Source: Deltaproteobacteria bacterium
GTDB lineage: Bacteria > Desulfobacterota > Binatia > UBA9968 > JAJDTQ01
Direction of reading: 5' to 3'
Length of the DNA: 64,000 bases
Assembly (NCBI GenBank): GCA_026712905.1
Contig: JAPOPM010000077.1
Span: 1,413-65,412, forward strand
How positions within the stretch are numbered: position 1 is the stretch's first letter; every line of letters begins with the position of its first letter. The notes beneath the pieces are model-generated. The model did not search any database, was not told where the DNA came from, and saw only the letters and a program-made list of their open reading frames with translations. Below, piece by piece: positions 16,830 to 27,780 of this stretch. Position numbers and translations under genes: made by a program.

Positions 16830-19046
16830 ATGGATCTCAAGGTCGTAGGGCAACCGGTAGGACGCGTGGAGGGGCCGGACAAGGTTTCCGGGCGAATGGT
16901 GTACACGGCGGACGTGGACGTGCCGGAGGCGTTGTGGGGCAGGTGTTTGCGCAGCACCATGGCGCATGCCCGGCTGGCGCGCGTGGACGCGTCCCGGGCG
17001 CGGCAGGTGCCGGGGGTACGCGCGGTGCTGACGGGCGCCGACGTGCCCGATTTCCGCGTGGGCGTGAGCCTTCAGGACCTGCCCGTGCTGGCGCGCGACA
17101 AGGTGCGCTTCATCGGCGACAAGATCGCGGCGGTGGCGGCGGAGACGGCGGACGCGGCCGAACAGGCGCTGGCGCTCATCGAGGTGGAGTACGAGGAGCT
17201 GCCCGCGGTGGCCGGCATCGAGGAAGCCCTGGCCGACGGGGCGCCGGTGATCCACGAGGGGCTCGCGGACTACGCCGGCGTGCCCGGCCGCCCGGAGGAC
17301 CGGGCCAACGCCCTGTCCCTCAAGGAACACAGCGCCGGCGACGCGGCGCGCGCCATGGCGGACGCCGAGGTCGTGGTCGAGCACACCTTCCGCACGCCCG
17401 GGGTGCACCAAGTGTACCTGGAACCCCACGCCACCGTGGTATCGGCCGGAGACCCGGGCCGCATCGACGTGTGGGCGTCGTGCAAGGCGCCGTTCCGGCT
17501 CAAGCAGATGCTGGCCGCGCAACTGGAGCTGGACGAGGCGAACATCCACGTCCACGGCGTCGCCCTTGGCGGCGACTTCGGCGGCAAGGGCTCCCAGATG
17601 GACGTGCCGGTCTGCTACTACCTGTCCAGGGCCGCGGGGCGCCCGGTGAAGATGGTGATGAACTACACCGAGGAACTCATGGCCGGCGACCCGCGCCACC
17701 CCTCGGTGATGCGCGTCAAGCTCGGGGCCCGGCGCGACGGTACCCTGACGGCCCTGGACAGCGACATCTACTTCGACACCGGCGCCTACTCCGGCTTCAA
17801 GCCCTCGGAGATCGATGGCACCTTCATCGTCAACGCCTACCGCATCGCCGACTACGCCATCCGTACCTACAACGTCTACACCAACGGCGTGCCCGGCGGT
17901 TACATGAAGTCGCCGGGGCAGCCGCAGACGGTGTTCGCCATCGAGTCGCTGCTGGACATGCTGGCGCGGGAGCTGGACATGGACCCGGTGGCGCTGCGGC
18001 TCCAGAACCTGATGCAGGACGGCGACGAGCTGCCCAACAAGCGCGCCATGCAGAAGATCCGCTGCCGCGAGACCCTGGAGGCCGCGCTCGCGGCGGCGGG
18101 ATGGAACGACGCGCCCGCCGGCCCCGACACCGGCCGGGGCATGGCCCTCTCCTTCCGCCACACCGGCGGCAGCGGCACGGTCAACCTGGAGCTCACCTGC
18201 GACGCCGGCGGCGGGGTCACGGTGCTCACCGCCATCCCCGACATCGGCACGGGCACGCACACCCTGCTGCGCCAGATCACCGCCGAGATGCTGACCCTGC
18301 CGGCGGACCGCGTGCAGGTGGCGCGCGGCGACACCGACACCTTCGAGACCGACGCCGAGCCCGGCGGCAGCAAGATCACCGCCATGGTGGGGCGCGGCCT
18401 GGTGGAAGCGGTGCAGGAACTGCGCGACCGGATGACCGAGGCGGCCGCCCAGGCCCTCGCCTGCAAGCCCGACGCGGTCGCCCTGGCGGACGGCCTCTTC
18501 ACGGCCGGCGCCGCATCGCTGGCGTTCGCCGACGTGGCCGGAAAGCTCATCGCCGAGGAGAAGGCGCTGTCCGTGCGCAAGTCCTACCGTCCCGAGCGCT
18601 CGCCGGTGCCGGCTTTCTTCGTCCAGGTGGCGGAGGTGGCGGTGGACCGGGAGACCGGCACCGTGGACGTGAAGAAGGTGGTGACGGCCCACGACGTCGG
18701 CACCGTCATCAACCCCTTGGGGCACCAGGGACAGATCGACGGCGGCTTCGTGCAGGGCCTGGGTTACGCGGTGATGGAAGAGATGGTCAAGGACGGGCCA
18801 CGGGTCACGACCCTCAACCTCGGCGACTACTGCGTGCCGTGCGTCAAGGACCTGCCAGCGCTGGAGACCGTGCTGGTGGAGGACCAGACCGGTCCCGGTC
18901 CCTACAACGCCAAGGCCATCGGGGAAATGAGCATCGTGGCCACGGCGCCGGCCATCGCCAACGCGGTGGAAAACGCGGTGGGGGTGCGCATCCTGGACCT
19001 GCCCATCACCGCGGAGAAGGTGTACAACGCGTTGCAGGAGGGGTGA
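16830..19046 (+). CDS. xanthine dehydrogenase / aldehyde oxidase family molybdopterin-binding large subunit (CoxL/XdhA-like)
   Basis: Start MDLKVVGQ after AGGAGCAACC. a/b-hammerhead N-domain followed by MoCo-binding domains. No FeS or FAD subunit genes are adjacent. Confidence 0.85.
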   Translation: MDLKVVGQPVGRVEGPDKVSGRMVYTADVDVPEALWGRCLRSTMAHARLARVDASRARQVPGVRAVLTGADVPDFRVGVSLQDLPVLARDKVRFIGDKIAAVAAETADAAEQALALIEVEYEELPAVAGIEEALADGAPVIHEGLADYAGVPGRPEDRANALSLKEHSAGDAARAMADAEVVVEHTFRTPGVHQVYLEPHATVVSAGDPGRIDVWASCKAPFRLKQMLAAQLELDEANIHVHGVALGGDFGGKGSQMDVPVCYYLSRAAGRPVKMVMNYTEELMAGDPRHPSVMRVKLGARRDGTLTALDSDIYFDTGAYSGFKPSEIDGTFIVNAYRIADYAIRTYNVYTNGVPGGYMKSPGQPQTVFAIESLLDMLARELDMDPVALRLQNLMQDGDELPNKRAMQKIRCRETLEAALAAAGWNDAPAGPDTGRGMALSFRHTGGSGTVNLELTCDAGGGVTVLTAIPDIGTGTHTLLRQITAEMLTLPADRVQVARGDTDTFETDAEPGGSKITAMVGRGLVEAVQELRDRMTEAAAQALACKPDAVALADGLFTAGAASLAFADVAGKLIAEEKALSVRKSYRPERSPVPAFFVQVAEVAVDRETGTVDVKKVVTAHDVGTVINPLGHQGQIDGGFVQGLGYAVMEEMVKDGPRVTTLNLGDYCVPCVKDLPALETVLVEDQTGPGPYNAKAIGEMSIVATAPAIANAVENAVGVRILDLPITAEKVYNALQEG

Positions 19047-19059
19047 ACGGCCTCCGGCC

Positions 19060-19160
19060 CCGCCCCGCCTGGATTCCCGCTTCCGCGGGAATGACGTTTC
19101 GGGGGCACCGTTGCCTCGGGAGTATGGACACAGCCGCTTCCGCGGGAATGACGGTGTCGT
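19060..19160. repeat. REP-like palindromic elements (ATTCCCGC-GGAA-GCGGGAAT hairpin family), one full copy and one half copy
   Basis: CCTGGATTCCCGCTTCCGCGGGAATGACG at 19069-19097, partial copy at 19134-19153. Same family as the clusters at 58.2 and 63.4 kb. Confidence 0.8.
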
Positions 19161-19184
19161 GGCGAGTCTCCGCCGCCGTTTCCC

Positions 19185-19832
19185 CTACGACTTGGGCCAG
19201 GACGTGATCCGCGACTCCGGGCGCAGCTTGTCCCGGTCGTAGGTTTCCCAGTGGACGAAGTCGTCTACCTTGCGGCGCGGCTTGGGTTTGGGCCAGGCGC
19301 GCGGGAGCCCCACGGGCATCACCCATAGCAGGCGCAGCGGGCGCGGCACCTCGAACAGCGCGCGCAGCTCCGGCTCCACCTCCTTGCGCACCGAGACCCA
19401 CACCGTGCCGAAGCCCATGCTCGCCGCCGCCAGCATCATGTGCTCCACCGCGTTGGCCACGTTGGCCTGGAAGAGCTTCTCACGGTCCGAGGGCTGACGC
19501 GTGGTGAGGTAGACCCGGCGGGTGCGGGCGTCGCCGCACACCAGGACCAGGGCGCTCACGTCGCCCACGTAGTCCTTCTTGAGCCCCTTGTAGTTCACCG
19601 GATCCTCGAGCTTGCGCTGGTTCCACTCGGCGGAATAGATCGCCCGGACCTTGCGCATCTTCGCCCGGTCCCGGGTCACGATGAACTCCCACGGTTGGCT
19701 GTTGGCTCCGGACGGTGCGAGCCGGGCCGCCTCGAACATGAGCCGTAGCTGCTCGTCCGTCACCCGCCCGCTCTTGTAAACGCGCACGCTGCGGCGCGCC
19801 GCCATCACATCCAGCAGTCCATGTGTGTCCAT
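19185..19832 (-). CDS. nitroreductase-family protein
   Basis: Start MDTHGLLDVMAARRSVR (GGAGG SD). Typical nitroreductase N-terminus (RRS.R.Y) and FMN-binding fold. Confidence 0.75.
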   Translation of the reverse strand: MDTHGLLDVMAARRSVRVYKSGRVTDEQLRLMFEAARLAPSGANSQPWEFIVTRDRAKMRKVRAIYSAEWNQRKLEDPVNYKGLKKDYVGDVSALVLVCGDARTRRVYLTTRQPSDREKLFQANVANAVEHMMLAAASMGFGTVWVSVRKEVEPELRALFEVPRPLRLLWVMPVGLPRAWPKPKPRRKVDDFVHWETYDRDKLRPESRITSWPKS

Positions 19833-19939
19833 CGTTGCCTCCCTTCTCTCCGCGCCTGTCGACACGACTGCCTGCCGACACCACTTCCAAACACAAGATG
19901 GCATCCTTGACTACCCTGTGGTACTTCTGCCGCAGGACC

Positions 19940-20791
19940 ATGATCAACGTCGTCGGAATCGTTGCGAAGTACGGAGAGGAGAAGGCCGAGAAGATCATGC
20001 GCGGGACCATTCCGTGGCTGGAGGGCCGCGGCATGGAGGTGCTCGTGGAGGCCGAGTTCGGCACCGCGGGCGGCAGCGTCGCGCGCAAGGAGGAAATGGC
20101 CGAACGCGCCGACCTGATCGTCGTCCTGGGCGGAGACGGCACGCTCCTGAGCATCGCCCGCCTGGTGGAACGGCCCGAGGTGCCCATCGTCGGGGTCAAC
20201 CTCGGGGGCCTCGGCTACATCACCGAGATCGCGTTGGACGAGCTCGAAGAGGTGCTCGCCAGCACCATCGCGGAGAACTACACCATCGAGAAACGCATGA
20301 CCTTGCAGGTCAGCATTTCGGGCAAGGACGGCGTACAGCACCTCCGTATCCTCAACGACGCTGTCATCACCAAGGGCGCCCGCTCCAAGATCATCGACCT
20401 GGAGACCTACGTCGGCAGTGATTACCTGTGCACGTACCGGGCCGACGGTCTCATCATCTCCACGCCCACGGGATCGACCGCGTATTCGCTGGCGGCCGGC
20501 GGCCCGATTCTTCACCCGGCCATGAGCGCCATCATCCTCTGTCCCATCTGTCCGCACACGCTGACCACCAACCGGCCCATCGTCATCGCCAGCGACGCCC
20601 GTATCCGGTCGACCCTGAGGTCCTCCGGGGACACCGTCATCCTGATCCCCGACGGCCAGGAAGGCATACTCCTGAACAACGGCGACCGCGTGGAGGTGCG
20701 CCGGCACAAGTCGCCGGTGTCGCTGGTACGCCTCCCGACGCGGTCGTACTTCGACGTGCTGCGCAACAAGCTCAAGTGGGGAGAGCGCTAG
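19940..20791 (+). CDS. nadK: NAD(+) kinase
   Basis: GGDGT motif and the NadK C-terminal beta-sandwich. Start MINVVGIV chosen; MASLTT at 19898 is the alternative. Confidence 0.85.
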   Translation: MINVVGIVAKYGEEKAEKIMRGTIPWLEGRGMEVLVEAEFGTAGGSVARKEEMAERADLIVVLGGDGTLLSIARLVERPEVPIVGVNLGGLGYITEIALDELEEVLASTIAENYTIEKRMTLQVSISGKDGVQHLRILNDAVITKGARSKIIDLETYVGSDYLCTYRADGLIISTPTGSTAYSLAAGGPILHPAMSAIILCPICPHTLTTNRPIVIASDARIRSTLRSSGDTVILIPDGQEGILLNNGDRVEVRRHKSPVSLVRLPTRSYFDVLRNKLKWGER

Positions 20792-20827
20792 TGTCCTGTC
20801 TGGTTGATTAACCAGACAGGACACTAG
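20788..20827. terminator. 18-bp-stem palindrome CTAGTGTCCTGTCTGGTT-gatt-AACCAGACAGGACACTAG between nadK and recN (terminator/attenuator or REP)
   Basis: Perfect inverted repeat. The nadK stop TAG is part of the left CTAG. Member of the CTAGTGTC motif family. Confidence 0.5.
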
Positions 20828-20856
20828 CGTGACGCGTCGCACTGGCGGTCGCATCC

Positions 20857-22566
20857 ATGCTGCAGCAGCTTCGCATCCGCAACATCGCCGTCATCGACCA
20901 GGCCGAGCTGGAGCTTGGGCTTGGGCTGAACGTGCTCACGGGCGAGACGGGCGCCGGCAAGACCATGGTCCTCGCCGCCTTGAACCTCATCCTCGGAGGC
21001 CGGGCGTCGTCCGACCTGATCCGCGAAGGCGAAACCGAGGCCACCGTGGAGGCCCTGTTCGGAGACCTGCCCGCGCCCACGCGCGGCGCCCTCGAGGCGG
21101 CCGGCTGCGGAGACGACGACGAACTGGTGCTGAAGAGAGTCGTGAACCGCGGGGGCCGCGGCCGCATCTATCTCAACGGCAGCCTGGCCTCGCGCTCGCT
21201 CCTGTCCGAAATCGCCCCCGGCCTCATCCACATCTACGGACAACACGAGCAGCACACGCTGCTGCGCACCGAAACCCACCTCGCCCTGCTCGACGCCCAC
21301 GGCGGCCTCGAGCACAAGGCCGCCGCCATGAGGGAGCGCTTCACGGCGTTCGCGGACGCCTGGCGACGGGTGTGCGATCTCCGGGAGAAGCTCGCGGACG
21401 CGGCTCGGGAAGAAGCCTTCCTGCGTGCCCAGGCGGATGAGATCGAAGACGCGAGGCTCGAACCCGGCGAAGAGGATGCCCTGCTCGACAGGCGCCGGCT
21501 GATCGTCCATTCCGAGAAGCTCTACCAGACCTGCAAGGAAGGCGAGAGCCTCCTCTACGAGGATGACAACGCCGTGGTGGGAGCGCTGGGACGGTTCCTC
21601 CCGCGCCTCCGTGACATGGCGGAGATCGACGGCACGCTGTCCGAGGCGGTGACGCTGCTGGAAGGATCGGTGGCGCAACTCGATGAGGCCGCGGCAGCAA
21701 TCCGCCAGTATGCGGACCGGCTGCATTTCGACCCGCGGGAGCTGGAACGGCTCGAAGACCGTCTGGCCGAGATCAACCGGCTGAGGCGAAAATACCGCGC
21801 GTCGGTGGAAGAGATCCTGGCGCTGGCCGAACGGGCGAGGGAAGAGCTCACGGCCATCGACCGCGGCGAGGAGAGTCTGGCCGCGCTGACGCGGGAGTTC
21901 GAGGCGGCCCGGGATGCCGCGTGGAAACTGGCGGAGGAACTGTCGCGCCTGCGCAGGCGCGCGGCCAAGACGCTCCAGCGCCGCATGGAGCAGGAAACCG
22001 CCCAGATAGGACTGCCCAACACGACCTTCGAGGTGCGTTTTCGCGCGCGCGCCGACACCCGCGACCAGCCGCCGTTCGTGATGGGAGACAGGCGCATCGG
22101 GCCGGACGGGGTCGACGACATCGAGTTCTTCTTCTCGCCGAACCCGGGCCACGAGGTCCGGCCCCTCGCCAGGATCGCCTCGGGCGGCGAACTGTCGCGC
22201 CTCATGCTGGCGCTCAAGTCCGTCGTGTTGAGCGGGAGCGAGATCCCCACCCTGCTGTTCGACGAGGTGGATGCCGGCATCGGCGGAGGCGTGGCCGAGA
22301 TGGTGGGCCGCAAGCTCGCCACCGTGGCGCAGTCCCGCCAGGTGATCTGCGTGACCCACCTCGCCCCCATCGCTGCCCTGGCGCGCTCTCACTACGTGGT
22401 GGAGAAGACCGTCGATCGGGGCCGCACCTTCACCACGGTACGGAAGCTCGAAGAGGCGGAGCGCGTGCGCGAGCTGGCACGGATGCTGGCGGGCGTGGAG
22501 GTGACCGCGCAGGCGGAACGGCATGCCGCCGAGATGCTCAAGGTCGACCAGCCCGGCCGGACGTAG
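20857..22566 (+). CDS. recN: DNA repair protein RecN
   Basis: 569 aa. Walker A GETGAGKT, long coiled coil and C-terminal SMC-like signature. Conserved nadK-recN synteny. Confidence 0.9.
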   Translation: MLQQLRIRNIAVIDQAELELGLGLNVLTGETGAGKTMVLAALNLILGGRASSDLIREGETEATVEALFGDLPAPTRGALEAAGCGDDDELVLKRVVNRGGRGRIYLNGSLASRSLLSEIAPGLIHIYGQHEQHTLLRTETHLALLDAHGGLEHKAAAMRERFTAFADAWRRVCDLREKLADAAREEAFLRAQADEIEDARLEPGEEDALLDRRRLIVHSEKLYQTCKEGESLLYEDDNAVVGALGRFLPRLRDMAEIDGTLSEAVTLLEGSVAQLDEAAAAIRQYADRLHFDPRELERLEDRLAEINRLRRKYRASVEEILALAERAREELTAIDRGEESLAALTREFEAARDAAWKLAEELSRLRRRAAKTLQRRMEQETAQIGLPNTTFEVRFRARADTRDQPPFVMGDRRIGPDGVDDIEFFFSPNPGHEVRPLARIASGGELSRLMLALKSVVLSGSEIPTLLFDEVDAGIGGGVAEMVGRKLATVAQSRQVICVTHLAPIAALARSHYVVEKTVDRGRTFTTVRKLEEAERVRELARMLAGVEVTAQAERHAAEMLKVDQPGRT

Positions 22567-22690
22567 CGCGCCGCGCCCGAGCCCGCCAACGCATCCCCCT
22601 TGCCTCGCGGCCCGCGTATCGGTTATGCTTGTCATCCAACCGGCGGTCGAAGATCCTGCGGGATCCGTACCGCCCAAGTTTCCGAGCGTG

Positions 22691-22766
<76 letters not shown>

Positions 22767-22790
22767 GTTTCCAGAAACCTGTCTGGAGGT

Positions 22791-24254
22791 GGTGTGTCGC
22801 AGCTTCGAGCAGCGGGAGGCGGGGTCTTTTCAGGCTATGACCTGGATGCGTGCTTCTACGATGAAATGTTCGAACCCCACGGCAACCCCCGCAACTCATC
22901 CCGCGGACTGCACGCGGCGTTGGCCGAGCTGGCGCCCGAAGACCTCGTCAAGCTCCAAGACGGCGTCTATCGGCACTTCCTGCACGAAGGCATCACGTTC
23001 ACGGTGCTCGACGCCGACAATGTAACCGAGCAGATCATTCCCATCGACTGTGTCCCGCGGGTGCTGACGGCGACGGAGTGGCAACACCTCGAACGCGGCC
23101 TCAAACAGCGGCTGGCGGCGCTCAACCTCTTCCTCAAGGACGTCTATCACGAGGGGCGGTGCCTCAAGGACAGGATCGTTCCCATCGACCTGGTGTTGGG
23201 TTGCCCGCAATACCGCATGGAGATGCGCGGCCTCAACGTACCCCATGACGTCTACGTCGCGGTCTGCGGCACCGACGTGGTGCGCACCCACGACGGTTTC
23301 GCCGTCCTCGAGGACAACCTGCGCGTGCCCTCCGGAGTGTCGTACATGCTCGCCTGCCGGAACGCCATCAAGGAGGCCTTCCCGCGGCTCTATCGCGCCA
23401 ACCGGGTACGCGAGGTCTCCGACTACGCCGAGTTGCTCTACAGAACACTGGCCTCGCTGCGACCTTCTCAACAGGCTCCCCGCGTGGCGATCCTGACTCC
23501 GGGCATGCACAACGCCGCGTACTACGAACATGCGTTTCTCGCCGGCGAGATGGGCATCGACCTGGTGGAGGGGCAGGACCTGATCCTGCGCGACAGCGCG
23601 CTCTACAGCCGCACCACCTCCGGCCTGCGCCGCGTGGACGTGCTGTACCGGAGGATCGATGACGACTTCCTCGATCCGGTGCAGTTCCGCTCCGACTCGG
23701 TCCTGGGGGCGGCGGGGGTCTTTCACGCCTATCGCGCCGGCAACGTGGTGGTGGCCAACGCGCCCGGTACCGGAGTAGCCGACGACAAGAGCCTGTACGC
23801 GTACGTCCCGGAGATCATCCGCTACTTCCTGGGCGAGGAGCCCATCCTCGCCAACATCGAGACCCACCTGTGCCGCGAGCCTTCGGGGTTGGCCTACACC
23901 CTGGAGCACCTCGAAGAGCTGGTGGTCAAGGAAGTGGGCGGGGCCGGAGGCTACGGCATGCTGGTGGGCCCGCATGCGAGCGCGGACGAGCGCGCCCGCT
24001 ACGCCGAGCGGCTGCGCGCCGATCCGGCCAACTTCATCGCGCAACCGGTGCTCGCGCTGTCCCGTGCGCCGTGCTTCATCGACGGCGCCATCGAGCCGCG
24101 CCACGTCGACCTGCGTCCCTTCGTGCTGCAGGGCCGCGACGAGCAGCACGTCGTTCCCGGCGGGCTGTGTCGGGTGGCGTTGCGCCGCGGCAGCCTCGTG
24201 GTCAATTCCAGCCAGGGTGGCGGCTGCAAGGATTTGTGGATCGTGGAGGATTGA
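22791..24254 (+). CDS. circularly permuted type-2 ATP-grasp protein (COG2308; DUF404/DUF407-like)
   Basis: YDEMF... N-terminal block and ATP-grasp motifs. Start (GTG 22791) is uncertain. The track ORF extending back to 21921 across recN and the tRNA is an artefact. Confidence 0.75.
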   Translation, partial: GVSQLRAAGGGVFSGYDLDACFYDEMFEPHGNPRNSSRGLHAALAELAPEDLVKLQDGVYRHFLHEGITFTVLDADNVTEQIIPIDCVPRVLTATEWQHLERGLKQRLAALNLFLKDVYHEGRCLKDRIVPIDLVLGCPQYRMEMRGLNVPHDVYVAVCGTDVVRTHDGFAVLEDNLRVPSGVSYMLACRNAIKEAFPRLYRANRVREVSDYAELLYRTLASLRPSQQAPRVAILTPGMHNAAYYEHAFLAGEMGIDLVEGQDLILRDSALYSRTTSGLRRVDVLYRRIDDDFLDPVQFRSDSVLGAAGVFHAYRAGNVVVANAPGTGVADDKSLYAYVPEIIRYFLGEEPILANIETHLCREPSGLAYTLEHLEELVVKEVGGAGGYGMLVGPHASADERARYAERLRADPANFIAQPVLALSRAPCFIDGAIEPRHVDLRPFVLQGRDEQHVVPGGLCRVALRRGSLVVNSSQGGGCKDLWIVED

Positions 24255-24280
24255 GTGCGGTCGGCACCGAGGAACGGACT

Positions 24281-25252
24281 ATGCTCGCACGTCTAGCGGC
24301 CGAGTTCTACTGGCTGGGCCGTCACGCGGAGCGCATCGAGCACACGGCGCGGCTGCTGCGCTTTCAGCTCAACCGCCTCCCGGACCGGCCGGCGGACGAG
24401 TTGACCCTGGGATGGCAGGCGGTCTATCGGATCCTGGGACAAACGTCCGTGAGCATGATCGCCAGCGGAGACGACGCCGAAACGGTCGTCATACCGGACG
24501 CCTACACCCTGGCCGGCAAGCTCGTGGAGGAGCGGGCGAATCCCGACTCGCTGCTGTCCTGTTGGGAGCACGCGAGAGAGAACGGGCAACGCGTAAGGGC
24601 GCAACTGCCGCTGCCGGTATGGACCTGTCTCAACCAAGGTTATCTGTGGATACGAGACAGCGATTTCAACACCGCGTGGACCCGCGGACCGTCGGCCCTG
24701 GTGGGCGAGGCCGTCGATCGGCTGCATCTGTTGGCCGGGGTCGTGGAGGCGGTCATGCCGCGGGACGAAGCGTGGCGCTTCCTGGAGCTGGGCCGGTTCA
24801 TCGAGCGGCTGCAGCATCAGGCCGAGCTGCTGGCGGGCTGGGTCGAGTTCAACCGCGAGGAAGCGGGGGCCAGCGCCCTCTCATGGGCGGACCTCTTGCG
24901 CGTGTGCGGCGCCTATGAAGTCTACTGCCGCCGCCATTCCACCAACGTGGAGCGGCAGCAGACGATTGGCCTTCTCACCCAGGACCCGGAACTCCCCCGC
25001 TCACTGCACTTCGCCGCTCAGCGCATCGCCCGGCTGCTGTCCGGAATCGATCCGGTGGGCGCCCGCTACCCCATGGCGGCGCCCCACCGCATGGCGCTGC
25101 GTCTGGCCGCATCCATCGAGGTGGAACCCACCGGCCTCTCCGGAGAGGCCGGTGAATTCTTCCGCGCCGTCGGACAGCACGGCCGCGGGCTCCACGATCT
25201 CACCATGGCCGCCTACGTCACCCATACTCTTCCGCGGGAGCTCGCGACGTGA
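24281..25252 (+). CDS. alpha-E domain protein (COG2307; DUF403)
   Basis: MLARLAAEFYWLGRHAERIEHTARLL is the canonical alpha-E N-terminus. Follows the ATP-grasp gene with a 26-nt gap. Confidence 0.8.
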   Translation: MLARLAAEFYWLGRHAERIEHTARLLRFQLNRLPDRPADELTLGWQAVYRILGQTSVSMIASGDDAETVVIPDAYTLAGKLVEERANPDSLLSCWEHARENGQRVRAQLPLPVWTCLNQGYLWIRDSDFNTAWTRGPSALVGEAVDRLHLLAGVVEAVMPRDEAWRFLELGRFIERLQHQAELLAGWVEFNREEAGASALSWADLLRVCGAYEVYCRRHSTNVERQQTIGLLTQDPELPRSLHFAAQRIARLLSGIDPVGARYPMAAPHRMALRLAASIEVEPTGLSGEAGEFFRAVGQHGRGLHDLTMAAYVTHTLPRELAT

Positions 25253-26133
25253 CCGTGACCTACCAGATCGAGCACCGCATGTGCTTTCGCTATCCCGCGC
25301 CGGCGGAGGACTCGGTGATGACGCTCTACGTCTGTCCGCTCCGTGACCGCGTGCAACTGGTGCGGAAGTTTCTTGTCGAGACCCAACCGGACGGCGCGTT
25401 GTTCGAGTTCACCGATCCCTTCGGCAACACCGGGCATTTCCTCGAGCGGCCGCGGGTTCGTGAAGAACTGCGCGTCGTCGCTCGTTCGACGGTGGAGTTG
25501 GGACCGGTGGCGCGTGCCCCGAAACGGTTGGACCCCGCGGCATGGACACTCCTGCGGCGCACCGCCCACAACGTCGCGCTCTGGCCGATGCTGCACCCCA
25601 GCCGCTTCGTGGCACCGACGCCGGCCCTGGAGAAGTTCCTGGAAACCCACGGCATCGCACCCGGCGACGACCCGCTGGTCAGCACGCGCGAGCTTTGCAC
25701 CACGCTCTACCGCGTATTGGAGTACGCGCCGGGCGAAACCACGGTGGACTCGCCCATCGACCGTATCCTCGAGACCGGCCGGGGCGTATGCCAGGACTAC
25801 GCCCACGTGATGGCCGCGGTCCTGCGGGGATGGGGCATACCGTGCCGCTACGTTTCGGGGTACTTGGGACCGAGCGCGGCGGGGGTGTCGGAAGGCGAGA
25901 GCCACGCGTGGGTGGAAGCCTGGTTTCCCGGCGCCGGGTGGAACGGGTTCGACCCCACCAACGATACGGAGGGCGACGAGCGTCACATCCGGGTCGCCGT
26001 GGGGCGGGACTACGCCGACGTGCCGCCCACGCGCGGCACGTTCCGTGGCGCCGGCGGTTCGATCCTCGACACGGAGGTGGCGATCGAACGCGTCGACGAC
26101 TCGGAGTCGGACGGCCAAGGCCCGTGGAACTGA
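25249..26133 (+). CDS. transglutaminase-like cysteine protease family protein (Bact_transglu_N + TGc)
   Basis: GTGA overlap with the alpha-E stop. Cys-His-Asp TGc core (GVCQDYAHV...HAWVEAW...DPTND). Confidence 0.8.
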   Translation: MTVTYQIEHRMCFRYPAPAEDSVMTLYVCPLRDRVQLVRKFLVETQPDGALFEFTDPFGNTGHFLERPRVREELRVVARSTVELGPVARAPKRLDPAAWTLLRRTAHNVALWPMLHPSRFVAPTPALEKFLETHGIAPGDDPLVSTRELCTTLYRVLEYAPGETTVDSPIDRILETGRGVCQDYAHVMAAVLRGWGIPCRYVSGYLGPSAAGVSEGESHAWVEAWFPGAGWNGFDPTNDTEGDERHIRVAVGRDYADVPPTRGTFRGAGGSILDTEVAIERVDDSESDGQGPWN

Positions 26134-26346
26134 AGGAGCAGGCGCGGACCTCGGCCCGCGCCACACGCTTTTTCACCGATTCTCTCTCGGAAAGGCGCGA
26201 GAACTATGATATCGGACGTTGTTTCAAGGATTGAGACGCAGCTATCTATCAAGGGTCGAGGGTCCCGGACCTGAAATGCAGGCCGCGACCACAGTTCCTT
26301 GTCACAGAGGGGTCAGCACTGACGCGAACACGCATGGGAGGCGATC

Positions 26347-27762
<1,416 letters not shown>

Positions 27763-27780
27763 GAGTAGCAACCCCATCGA

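Noticed and set aside
26134-26346. Sigma-54 (-24/-12) promoter or glutamine riboswitch upstream of glnA
   Set aside because: I could not find a convincing TGGCAC-N5-TTGC match or recognisable riboswitch structure by eye.
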